DNA of 64,000 bases from Ranitomeya imitator (Eukaryota): the NCBI RefSeq assembly GCF_032444005.1, contig NC_091289.1, forward strand, positions 30,256,001 through 30,320,000, given 5' to 3'. The position numbers and the translations under genes were made by a program. Positions 50,665 through 62,613 of this stretch are shown here, piece after piece (position 1 is the stretch's first letter; each line of letters starts with the position of its first letter). The notes beneath the pieces are model-generated. The model saw only the letters and a program-made list of their open reading frames with translations. It made no database searches and was not told where the DNA came from.

Positions 50665-50958
50665 GTCTGCAATGTGGCACCGGATCCCAGAATGACTTCT
50701 CTATTCCTGAGCTGGGATTTAACAGATTATTTTCAATGCTGATCTTAAAAAAAAAAAATGGAATTAATATCGGTGATTGCCATAAAGATGATAGGCATGA
50801 TAGGGACCCTTAGAGGAAACGTTGGCCGTAGACATCGGAAACAAATGGTCATATATTGGCTGGTTACTATTGTCCCATGACAAACTGACGTCTGCGTAAA
50901 AAATGGATTGAGTGGGTCTCATTTTCTAAGTATCATGTGAGTGTATTAAAAAAAGATA

Positions 50959-52254
50959 CACTGCTCAAAAAAATACAGGGAACACTTACACAACAGAATA
51001 TAACTCCAAGTAAGTCAAACTTAAACTGTCCACTTAGGAAGCAACACTGTTTGACAATCAATTTCACATGCTGCTGTGCAAATGGAAGAGACAGTAGATG
51101 GAAATTATTGGCAATTATCAAGGCACCTTCAATAAAGGAGTGGTTCTGCAGGTGGGCACCACAGACCACGTCTCAGTACCAATGCTTTCTGGCTGGTGTT
51201 TTGGTCACTTTTGAATGTTGGTTGTGCTTTCGCACTCGTGGTAGCATGAGACGGACTCTACGACCCACACAAGTGGCTCAGGTAGTGCAGCTCATCCAGG
51301 ATGGCACATCAATGCGAGCTGTGGCAAGAAGGTTTGCTGTGTCTGTCAGCGTAGTGTCCAGAGGTTGGAGGCGCTACCAGGAGACAGGCCAGTACACCAG
51401 GAGATGTGGAGGGCAACAACCCAGCAGCAGGACCGCTACCTCAGCCTTTGTGCAAGGAGGAGCACTGCCAGAACCCTGCAAAATGACCTCCACCAGGCCA
51501 CTAATGTGCATGTGTCTGCACAAACTGTTAGAAAACGACTCCATGAGGATGGTCTGAGTGCCCGACGTCAACAGATACGGGTTGTGCTCACAGCCCAACA
51601 CCATTCCAGATGCTTGGCATTTGCAACAGAACACCAGGATTGGTGCCATGCTCTTCACAAATGAAAGCAGGTTCACACTGAGCACATGTAACAGATCTGG
51701 AGATGCCATGGAGAGTGATCTGCTGCCTGCAACATCCTTCAGCATGACCAGTTTGGCAGTGGATCAGTAATGGTGTGGGGTGGCATTTCTTTGGAGGGCC
51801 GCACAGCCCTCCATGTGCTCGCCAGAGGTAGCCTGACTGCCATTAGCTACCGAGATAAGATCCTCAGACCCCTTTGTGAGACCATATGCTGGTGCGGTTG
51901 GCCCTGGGTTCCTCCTAATGCAGGACAATGCCAGACCTCATGTGGCTGGAGTGTGTCAGCAGTTCCTGCAAGATGAAGGCATTGAAGCTATGGACTGGCC
52001 CGCCCGTTCCCCAGACCTGAATCTGATTGAACACATCTTGGACATCATGTCTCGCTCATCCACCAACGTCACGTTGCACCACAGACTGTCCAGGAGTTGG
52101 TGGATGCTTTAGTCCAGGTCTGGGAGGAGATCCCTCAGGAGACCATCCGCTGCCTCATCAGGAGCATGCCCAGGCGTTGTAGGGAGGTCATACAGGCACG
52201 TGGAGGCCACACACACTACTGAGCATCATTTCCTTGTTTTGAGGCATTTCCACT
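50959..52254 (+). mobile_element. Decayed Tc1/mariner element with frameshifted transposase (about 51246-52222); right TIR missing
   Basis: TA followed by cactgctcaaaaaaata; fragments [41 protein letters not shown]. Confidence 0.92.
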
Positions 52255-52282
52255 AAAGAGCAAAACCAGTTTCCTATCTTAA

Positions 52283-52694
52283 AGGGGTCGTCCACTACTT
52301 GGACAACCCTTCCTGAATCCCTATGTCTCCCCTCCCCTCCCCCTGTAAAATAATATAATTTATATTCACCTCCGGTACCAGTGCCATTCCAGTGGTGTCG
52401 GGACTGGTTCTCCCTATGCCACAGGATCTCTGAGCTGGCATCACTTTCCTCTCCTACAGATGTAATTGACATCCAGAAGAAGTGAGGGAGCAGCCGCAGC
52501 TTTCATTTTCTTGGGATGTCTTGATCTGTGCATAGGAGAGGAGAGTGAGGCCAGCGCGGAGATCGCTTGGTATTGGGAGTACCAGTGCCGACACCTCTGG
52601 AATGGCGCTAATAACGGAGGTGAATATAAATATTATTTTACTGGGGGGGAACATAGGGCTTCAGAAAGGATTGTCAGAGTAGTGGAAAACCCCT
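52283..52694. mobile_element. Palindromic T2/Kolobok-type MITE
   Basis: TTAA at 52279-52282 and 52695-52698; termini aggggtcgtccactac / gtagtggaaaacccct; internal inverted halves. Confidence 0.85.
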
Positions 52695-53689
52695 TTAATA
52701 ATTGTAATGTGTCCGTGAAAAACGTAAATGCTGCGGGCATGATCCTTATGGGATTAGATTTATTTTTTTTTGGCACCCATGGATATGAATAGGAGAATCT
52801 CATCCAAAATACGGATGAGGATTTTTTCACACTGATCAAGGTCATCTGATCAGCCCAATAAAATAACACTGGTCCATAGATGTCAGGTTTTTACATGCAC
52901 ATTATTTGGACAGAAAATACGTACCCCCAGAAACGAGACACTAACGCTATCTCTGTGTGAGAAGAAGAGCCCACCAGTCACATCCTCATCCATCACCTCA
53001 GCTGTTTTCCTACAGCCTGAAGCCGCTCATTCAGACGACCATTACTTTTTGAGTCCGAGAAAAACAGACCTTTCTTCAATGCGTGCTGGATCCAATTTTC
53101 ATCCATTTTTGGTCCGTGTGTCCATTTTTACCAACAGTATGGTATTTTTTATTAAAAAAAAATCCAAACCTTTTCCTACCCATTAAAAACGGTAAAAAAA
53201 AACCTAGATCCAGATGACACATGGACGGCATCTACGTGTTTTCTGGGTAGGGTTTTCACGGACCCACTCATCTAAATGGGAGAATTTGATCTGCAAACTG
53301 GATTAAAATCAGAGGTCTTTTTTTGTGGACAATGGAACTGAAAAAAAAAAAAAGGACCCTTTGGTGGTCAGTTTATGACTTGGATGTCCAATGTCCATAA
53401 AATATCTTCTTTTCATATCTACAATTAAGAGAAATGCCTAAAACCGTTTCCCCATGTCTTCTTTGTAATGGATTCCATGAAAACTCATGCCATACGGATG
53501 GGCAGTGGCATCACTAGAGTCCGATGGGCCCGAGTGAAAAATTTGGACCTGGATCCCCTACCTGCATGTTGGTCGGATGTTTGGACTCTTGTGGCGTTCT
53601 AAATCCTATAATGACATGCGTATTTTCCTCTCATATAATAATATTGCCCTTCCTAGCTGTTTACTGTAAAAATCTCCCCCGTTGTGGCT

Positions 53690-54060
53690 CCCATCCTGAA
53701 ATAATATATCATCCTAGGCCCCTTCCTGGGATAATATCCCCTGTGCTGGGGCACATACTGTAAATATGTACCCCATCCTGGCCCCTTCCTGTAACAATGT
53801 CCCCATCCTGAGCCCCTTCCTGGTATAATGTCCCCCATCTTAGGCTCCTTCTTGGTATAATGTCTCTCATGCTGAGCTTCTCCATGGAATACTGTCCCCT
53901 GTTCTGGGACACTTACTATAATAATGTACCCCAGCCTGGTCCTTTCCTGTAACAATTCCCCCAATAATGAGCCCCTTTCCTGTATTCTGTCACCCATCCT
54001 GGGACTCTTTCTGGTTTAATGACCCCATCCTGGGCCCCTTTCCTGTAAAATGCTCTTCAT
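53690..54060. repeat. Degenerate ~32-bp repeat, reverse orientation of the 44270-45060 family
   Basis: ccccatcctggccccttcctgtaacaatgtc motifs; hAT-like start cagtggcatcactag at 53503. Confidence 0.7.
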
Positions 54061-56313
54061 CCTGGATCCCTTCCTTGTATCCTCGGAGGCACGTTCAGCT
54101 GAACTACGCGCCGGCTTCGGCGGCCCACCGCCACCTCTCAGAAGGGCCTCATCGCAGCCGGTCGGTCGCACCCTTGGTGGATGGGGTCCTTATGCATATG
54201 GGCAGGCTTTTTGTGTTTTTTTTTAAACCCACACACATCTGAGTTATAAGAAAAAAAAATGGATTTATGTGAAAACTACCACACTGCTGTACATTGAGCC
54301 ATATGTCGCATATGTACAGCATACAGACCGAAGATACGCTCATGCAAGCTTCACTTTAGAGAGTTTATACCAAGATCACAACATAATGGCAAATCGCTGG
54401 GGGTCTGAGCCCAGGATCCCCCCCCCCCCAATAACTACGAGAATATGGTTGCAGAGTCTAGTTTTAATTGAGCAGCAATCAGGTATGTGCACTGCTGGTG
54501 ATAGGTGCCGACTAGTGATGAGAGAGTATACTCGTTGCTCGGGTTTTCCCGAGTACGCTCAGGTGATCTCCGAGTATTTGCGACTGCTCGGAGATTTAGT
54601 TTTCCTTCCCGCAGCTGGATGATTTACGGCTGCTAGACAGCCTGAGTACATGTGGGAATTCCCTGGCAACCCCCACATGTACTCAGGCTGGCTAGCAGCC
54701 GTAAATCATGCCGAGCAACGAGTATACTCGCTCATCACTAGTGGTGCCAACAACATGTTATCTTGGTAGAACACAGCTAAAGGTGACAACAGATCTTTGG
54801 ATTCCATGCTAAAGTATCACTCAAGCGCATTGGAGTTTTATGGTTCCGATCTGTGAATGTCACCAGGACAAAGTGCAGGAATCTGGGCAACAGGTCAGTA
54901 ATGCTGCAGAGTCAGCCGAGTTTATCAGTGCCGCACTAGGGCAAGGGTCACGAAATCTACACAACTATTACATTTCTCAATTTTGCCCAGCACCAAGTTT
55001 TTTTTCCCCTATTTATATTGCTGCACAACTATGACACAGCAGCTCAAGGATCCACAACGTTCGCTTTTAGCATGGGAAGACACAGGTTGCCCACCTCGCC
55101 TTCACAATGACATAATATTCCACTCACAGAGAATTACACTTTTAGGCGGAGGTTCAAATGTAAAAAAGAAATAAAAATTCTATATAAATTTATTTTACCT
55201 TTTTCCTTATGGTCCCTTTAAAGTAATAAAAAGAGTAAAAAAAATAATACAAGTAGTAATAATATGTATATTTATTAACACAAATGTGAATTGCATACTG
55301 GTCCATGGGTAAAGAAACGCAGAAATGAACCATAAATCCTTAAAATACTGCCCCCCTATGGCAAGTTAGCACAGAAAACCTTAGTATTTTATAGCCAGAA
55401 TTAGAAAAACATTACTGCCCCCCGAAAAAAAAAGCGCCACCCCTATTTCTATTAAGGTGAATAGTTCAGAGCTGTAATACCAAGTACAACCTGTAGACAA
55501 GGGCGGTGCTGTTTTTACAGAAAAAAAGCCATATTTTTCTAATTTTGGACCTTTAATCTAATTATTTGTCACTGCCAATGTGCTATAACCTATAGCAACA
55601 AAAGCAGAGATCATGCAAATTAAGCATTAAATGGAAAAGCCTAATTTTTGACAATGTAGTATGCGCCTATTAAGCCCTGAATGATGATCTCAAGCTCTTG
55701 CTTCTTTGGCATTTTTTCTAATGGGGTAGTAGTGGTAATATTAGGAGGACGTGGTAAAGGGTTTTGGGTGAAATTTCCGCCTATAGCCATGCAGTGCTTA
55801 TTCTGTAGCAGCAATATCATCCGTCGTGGGCACGGTGTCAAGGCTGACCTGCATATAATGTCATCTGCTTGGAAGGCACAGTGCCCAGACATTAGGGTTT
55901 CACTGCAATATTTTGCACGTTCCGACCATAGAAATTGGCTCATACTGTCAGAGTGACATCGTCTTACCGCCCATCACGATAAATAGGGTTACCGAACTTA
56001 CTTGCATTTTGCTAGGTTATTAATTCATAGTATGGTTTCGGGTCAAGGGGCTCAGCGCATCAGTCCGAATTCAGGCTTTAACTCTGACAGTGCCACTGGG
56101 TACCATTTACAACAATAGTGCGGCCGCTGCAGTACCCATTATGTGCAATGCGTCGTTCTAAAGACTCCGCTGCACTGGAAGTAATCTGTATTCAGACACA
56201 GTCTTCTGTTCACAAGGAACTAAGCTACTTTCCTAGAAGGTCTACAGATCCCCTGAGAAGCTCAGAGAAATACAGCAATAGAGAGGAGCAGAGTCCGGAG
56301 CAGTCCTGAAGGT

Positions 56314-56490
56314 TTAATCATGCTTCTTATTGTTCTCTGTGGTTTGCAAGGAAGATATAAAGTCCACTATGAGCTTGGCTGATTTTCGTGGTCGCTCCAT
56401 CACTACTGAATGTCCGCAGTTCTCCAGGATCTCCACTTGGCTTCCGGGGATTGCATTGGCTAAGACTTCAGCTCCGGAAACATCAAGTAC
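56314..56490 (-). CDS. ABHD6: ABHD6 last coding exon (VLDVSGAEVLANAIPGSQVEILENCGHSVVMERPRKSAKLIVDFISSLQTTENNKKHD*)
   Basis: Matches the human C-terminus; catalytic His in CGHSVV intact; acceptor ccttcctttag; TAA at 56316-56314. Confidence 0.96.
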   Translation of the reverse strand, partial: VLDVSGAEVLANAIPGSQVEILENCGHSVVMERPRKSAKLIVDFISSLQTTENNKKHD

Positions 56491-57565
56491 CTAAAGGAAG
56501 GCAATAAAGAACGTATATATTAATGCCTAATACTTCAGTGAGGCTTAGTTTTAATGTCCATATAAAGATTCTCAAGAAGTGAAATCTTTCTTTCTAAGTC
56601 AGAAAGGGGGGTTCCGCTCCCGCAATGATGGACTCAGAAGGTTTAAGTATTCTATAGCTGAGCCATTCACTTTAATGGGCCTCATTTTAAGGGAATCTGT
56701 CATCAGGTTTTATGCCTCCCAATCTGGGGTCAACATAAAATATGGGGTGACTTATTGAGCGCCTTTTTATAAATATTACAGTTTTATCTGCTGCCAATTT
56801 GGTTCTTAAAACGGACACTCCACGGGCAACATGTATCAGACATTGGCTGTAGGATATGTTTGATCGGAGGGCTTCTTTAAATGCCACAACGTTTTAAAAT
56901 CAAAATTTCTATACTCTTAATTTACTCCAATTATATTATACAGCACTATGTTCTTACAATTGCTCATTTTGCCTTTCTACCCAGATAATTCTCCTCCATG
57001 TAGAAACAGGAAGTCTTTTTCCCGCCCTGCAGGAGTCATCCCCTTCTTCACCTCCTGACCCAACTTCTCCCTCCTCCCAGGGACTTTTGCAGTGATGACT
57101 CATGCAGGGAAATTTGACCTCCTGTTTCTACATAAAGTTTAGAAGGATTCAGCCAGTCTGTTTTAAATCATGTGAAGTCATAGACCTAATGGAAAAAAGA
57201 AGAATTATCTGGGTAGAAAGGCAAAATAAGCAATTGTAAGTACAATGATTGACAGGTCTCTGCCTGCATGCATGTACAGGGAAAGAGCTGTCAATCCCGG
57301 TCAAATACAAATATATTCGTTTCTATCAATTACTGTATCTTCCCATTTCCTTTTTTTGGAGAACATATCCAGTACTTAGAGGGGGAAATCGCCACACGGT
57401 TCTCTGATCATTCTCGGCATGGATTAGTGGTAATAAATGGTTAAAAACACACCAAAGTTTGAGAAGAAATATCTGCTTTGCTTGACTTTTAATAAATTGA
57501 TCCTAAAAATATCATTAGTGTTTTTTTTCAATACTCATCATACAAAATATAAAGATTCCACGTAC

Positions 57566-57666
57566 CTGGTCCTGTCTGCCCCATATTATTTGGGTAGGAG
57601 CGGTGATTTTGTGCATGCTCTCATGTAGAGTGTGACGTGATTTCTCTTCTACCATATCTAAAAATA
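57566..57666 (-). CDS. ABHD6: ABHD6 coding exon (FLDMVEEKSRHTLHESMHKITAPTQIIWGRQDQ)
   Basis: Matches human FLEIVSEKSRYSLHQNMDKIKVPTQIIWGKQDQ; catalytic Asp intact; 101 nt, canonical AG/GT. Confidence 0.96.
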
Positions 57667-58164
57667 CTAAACAAAGAAGTTAATTACCATTTGCCGGATA
57701 AAACAGGAAACTTTATTCAACCATTAACAAAAATCATAGCAAAAAAACAAAACAATCATATCTGCGAAAGGGGTCTCAAATGACGTTTCTTTAGGGTGTC
57801 CATATTTTTAAAAAAAGGGCTTCTCTGTTGAAGACAATGCCTTTTAAAAGAAAAATTGACATGGTTGGCAAACTTGGTTTTCAGAAAGTCAAAAGTTACG
57901 GTCGGCAATGATTGAGGTATTTCATTTGCTGATGTTTTGGTGTAGAATATGCATAAAGAGTTAATACTAAAATAAAAGTATGGTATATTCTTTTTTACAG
58001 TTAGAGACCATTTTGATTCATTGCCAAACAGTCATCTATTATTAATGCGATCGTTATACCAATCTGTAATCAAATGCCCATTCATTTCTATCCGTGTTCA
58101 TTCATTAGTAATAGGGAGGTTTCTACGCTGCAGAATGTTATCATATGCGTTTGTTATAACTTAC

Positions 58165-58219
58165 ATTTTCTATAAAAATCATTGTGAGGGATGCGAACAT
58201 CAACAAGTCCCTGTAAGAC
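58165..58219 (-). CDS. ABHD6: ABHD6 coding exon (VLQGLVDVRIPHNDFYRK)
   Basis: Matches human ILQGLVDVRIPHNNFYRK; 55 nt; ttattttttag / gtaagt. Confidence 0.96.
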
Positions 58220-58262
58220 CTAAAAAATAAAGACAGACATTATTAGGATTAGATATAAAATA

Positions 58263-59105
58263 CAGCTTGGTAGCCTATTATTGGCCGCCAGGCCTCGACC
58301 AATCAGAGACCGGCACAGCATCGACGTAGAAATCCCGCGTCGCTGATTGGTCGAGGCAACCTTTATGACATCATCGTCGCCATGGCAACCATTATGACAT
58401 CTACGTCGATGCTGTGCCCGTCGCTGAATCAGAAACGTGAGATGTCTACGTCCTTTATGACATCATCGTCGCTGTGCCCGTTGCTGATTGGTCGAGGCCT
58501 CCAGGCCTCGACCAATCAGAGACGTGGGATTTCCAGGACAGACAGACAGACAGAAACAGACAGACAGACAGACGGAAAAACCCTTAGGCAATTATATATT
58601 ACACTAGATTGTGGCCCGATTCTAACGCATCGGGTATTCTAGAATATGCATGTCCCCGTAGTATATGGACAATGATGATTCCAGAATTCACGGCACACTG
58701 TGCCCATCGCTGATTGGTCGAGGCAACCTTTATGACATCATCGTCGCCATGGCAACCATTATGACATCTACGTCGATACTGTGCCCGTCGCTGAATCAGA
58801 AACGTGAGATGTCTATGTCCTTTATGACATCATCATCGCTGTGCCCGTTGCTGATTGGTCGAGGCCTGGCGGCCTCGACCAATCAGACGCGGGATTTCTA
58901 CGTCCTTTATGACATCATCGTCGCTGTGCCCATTGCTGATTGGTCGAGGCCTGGCGGCCTCGACCAATCAGAGACGCGGGATTTCTACGTCGATGCTGTG
59001 CCGCTCTCTGATTGGTCGAGGCCTGGCGGCCTCGACCAATCAGAGCCGGGATTTCCAGGACAGACAGAAAGACAGACAGACGGAAAAACCCTTAGGCAAT
59101 TATAT
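58263..59105 (+). mobile_element. Two tandem copies of a non-autonomous element, possibly Helitron/Helentron-related
   Basis: Both end in (GACA)n plus gacggaaaaacccttaggcaattatata (to about 58598 and 59105); hairpin cccgat...atcggg at 58615-58634. Family assignment is inference. Confidence 0.45.
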
Positions 59106-59140
59106 ATATAGATATATATATATACATATACACACATACA

Positions 59141-61560
59141 CAGTACAGACCAAAAGTCTGACTATGAAAATTGTACATTCACACTGAAGGCATCAAAACT
59201 ATGAATCAACACATGTGGAATTATATACTTAACAAAAAAGTGTGAAACAACTGAAATTATGTCTTATATTTTAGGTTCTTCAAAGTAGCCACCTTTTGCT
59301 TTGATGACTGCTTTGCACACTCTTGGCATTCTCTTGATGAGCTTCAAGAGGTAGTCACCGGGAATGGTCTTCCAACAATCTTGAAGGAGTTCCCAGAGAT
59401 GCTTAGCACTTGTTGGACCTTTTGCCTTCACTTTGCGGTCCAGCTCACCCCAAACCATCTCGATTGGGTTCAGGTCTGGTGACACTGGAGGCCAGGTCAT
59501 CTGGCGTAGCACCCCATCACTCTACTTCTTGGTCAAATAGCCCTTACACAGCCTGGAGGTGTGTTTGGGGTCATTGTCCTGTTGAAAACTAAATGATGGT
59601 CCAACTAAACGCAAACCGGATGGAATAGCATGCCGCTGCAAGATGCTGTGGTAGCTGTTGTGAATTCTGTTGTCAAGCTCCCTCCTGTGGTCATGAATGG
59701 TACTTCGGCTGGTTCTGTCCATGGGCTTCCTCTGGTGGTTGTGAGTGGAGCTGCTGCTTCTGAGTTTCCTTCCACAGGTGACGAGGTTAATTCGTTAGCT
59801 GGCTGCTCTATTTAACTCCACTTAGACCATTGCTCCATGCCACCTGTCAATGTTCCAGTATTGGTCTTGTTCTCTCCTGGATCGTTCTTGTGACCTGTCT
59901 TCCCAGCAGAAGCTAAGTTCCTGCTTGCTTTTCTCTGGTTTGCTATTTTTCTGTCCAGCTTGCTATTTTGATTTTGTCTTGCTTGCTGGAAGCTCTGGGA
60001 CCCAGAGGGAGCGACTCCGCACCGTGAGTCGGTGCGGAGGGTCTTTTTGCGCCCTCTGCGTGGTCTTTTTGTAGTTTTTTGTGCTGACCGCAAAGTTACC
60101 TTTCCTATCCTCTGTCTGTTCAGTAAGTCGGGCCTCACTTTGCTAATTCTATTTCATCTCGGTGTTTGTAATTTTCATCTTTACTCACAGTCATTATATG
60201 TGGGGGGCTGCCTTTTCCTTTGGGGAATTTCTCTGAGGCAAGGTAGGCTTTATTTTTCTATCTCTAGGGCTAGCTAGTTTCTTAGGCTGTGTCGAGTTGC
60301 ATAGGGAGCGTTAGGAGCAATCCACGGCTATTTCTAGTGTGTGTGATAGGATTAGGGATTGCGGTCAGCAGAGTTCCCACGTCTCAGAGCTCGTCCTATA
60401 TTATTAGTAACTATCAGGTAATTCCGTGTGCTCTTTACCACCAGGTCCATTATTGTCCTTACCACCAGGTCATAACAGGTAGCCATGCTGGTTCAGTATG
60501 CCTTCAATTTTGAATAAATCCCCAATAGTGTCACCAGCAAAGCACCCGCACACCATCACACCTCCTCCTCCATGCTTCACGGTGGGATCCAGGCATGTAG
60601 AGTCCATCCGTTCACCTTTTCTGCATGGCACAAATACACGGTGGTTGGAACCAAAGATCTCAAATTTGGACTCATCAGACCAAAGCACAGATTTCCACTG
60701 GTCTAATGTCCATTCCTTGTGTTCTTTAGCCCAAACAAGTCTCTTCTGCTTGTTGCCTGTTTTTTGCAGTGGTTTCCTAGCAGCTATTTTACCATGAAGG
60801 CCTGCTGCACAAAGTCTCCTCTTAACAGTTGTTGTAGAGATGTGTCTGCTGCTGGAACTCTTGTCTGGCATTGACCTGGTCTCTAATCTGAGCTGCGGTT
60901 AACCTGCGATTTCTGAGGCTGGTGACTCGGATAATCTTATCCTCAGAAGCAGAGGTGACTCTTGGTCTTTCTTTGCTCCTTTCCTGGGGCGGTCCTCATG
61001 TGAGCCAGTTTCTTTGTAGAGCTTGATGGTTTTTGCCACTGCACTTGGGGACACTTTCAAAGTTTGCCCAATTTTTCGGACTGACTGACCTTCATTTCTT
61101 AAAGTAATGATGGCCACTTGTTTTTCTTTACTTAGCTGCTTTTTTCTTGCCTTAATACAAATTCTAACAGTCTATTCAGTAGGACTATCAGCTGTGTATC
61201 CACCAGACTTCTGCACAACACAACTGATGGTCCCAACACCATTTATAACACAAGAAATCCCACTTATTAAACCTGACAGGGCACACCTGTGAAGTGAAAA
61301 CCATTGCTGGTGACTACCTCTTGAAGCTCATCAAGAGAATGCCAAGAGTGTGCAAAGCAGTCATCAAAGCAAAAGGTGGCTACTTTGAAGAACCTAGAAT
61401 ATAAGACATAATTTCAGTTGTTTCACACTTTTTTGTTAAGTATATAATTCCGCATGTGTTAATTCATCGTTTTGATGCCTTCAGTGTGAATGTACAATTT
61501 TCATAATCATGAAAATACAGAAAAATCTTTAAATGAAAAGGTGTGTCCAAACTTTTGGTC
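59141..61560 (-). mobile_element. Decayed Tc1/mariner element with long TIRs, interrupted by a solo LTR
   Basis: Terminal cagtacagaccaaaag; ~250-bp inverted ends (59141-59360 vs 61305-61560); transposase fragments WSDESKF, FQQDNDPKH, WPPVSPDLNPIE. Confidence 0.93.
59656..60477 (+). mobile_element. Solo LTR, 822 bp
   Basis: Termini TGTTGTG...CATAACA; flanking duplication GGTAGC (59650-59655, 60478-60483); removing it rejoins the transposase frame. Confidence 0.88.
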
Positions 61561-62613
61561 AGAAAAAAAAAAAAAAAAAAATTATATATATATATATATA
61601 TATTATAATATACACACACCCCAAAACTGCCACTTTTCATGGCTACACCTAAGATTAAAATCAAAGCCACGGAAAAGGGGAATTAAAATCCCCCCCAAAA
61701 GTCAATAATGTACACAGCACAATACTGATGTGACAACCATTCATAACCTACCAATCCATTTTGGCGGTGATTGCTTGGTGGATTAGTTCTAATACTTGGC
61801 CAGGCAAATACTGTTGCCCTTTATTGCTGCGTAAATTCGTGATTTTTATTTTTATTTTTTTTTTTGGGGGGGGGGGGGGGGGGTTTGGGGAATTCAATTC
61901 CTATTTTTGTGGTTTTGCTTTTAATTTTAGTGTAAGGACTTGAAAGTATGAGGATCCTTGATGTGGGTTGCGGCTTTCGTATTTTGGCCAAAATATCAGC
62001 TAATGTCTCATTTTTTGCACATGTTTATTGAGGGTGCAGCCAAGTCCATCAATGCCGAGCTTGTAAATTGGTGTCTCTGTCCTCGTGGGTTGCACTTATA
62101 GTGCTGGGCAGTCCGCCTGATCTAATAGTATGGGGGCACTAATGGGCTGTAATTCAGACACTGCACTACTTGTGTGTGACCAGCGCCCTATACAAGCCTT
62201 TTTTTGTGTGCAATTTCAATACTAAGCAATCACCACCTCCATGAACTGGTAGGTTGTGAGTGGTTGTCTCAGCGCCTTGTACCCGTGTGGCCGCCATCTT
62301 TATAATATGGGTTTGCTGCACCCTGATAGCTTTAGTTCTGACACCTGAGCAGGCAAATACTGTTGCCTTTATGGCAGTGTAAAATCATTGCTACACCTCC
62401 CTTAAAGAAAAAAAAAACAAAAAAACACTCGATCATGAAAGGATCACATAATTAAACAAAACACTTTTTTTCTGCTACAGTATTTTGTGGCATGGAGGGA
62501 GAAAAAAAACAAAAAAAAAAAAAAAACACGCTTTGGCAGACGTAAAGGATGTTCTGAAATGAACATGCCCTTTAAATATTATATGTATCAAAAGAAGTAG
62601 AATGGCACCAGGT

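Noticed and set aside
55641-55956. 91-100-aa ORFs downstream of ABHD6
   Set aside because: No recognisable motif or splice support; probably ABHD6 3' UTR or flank
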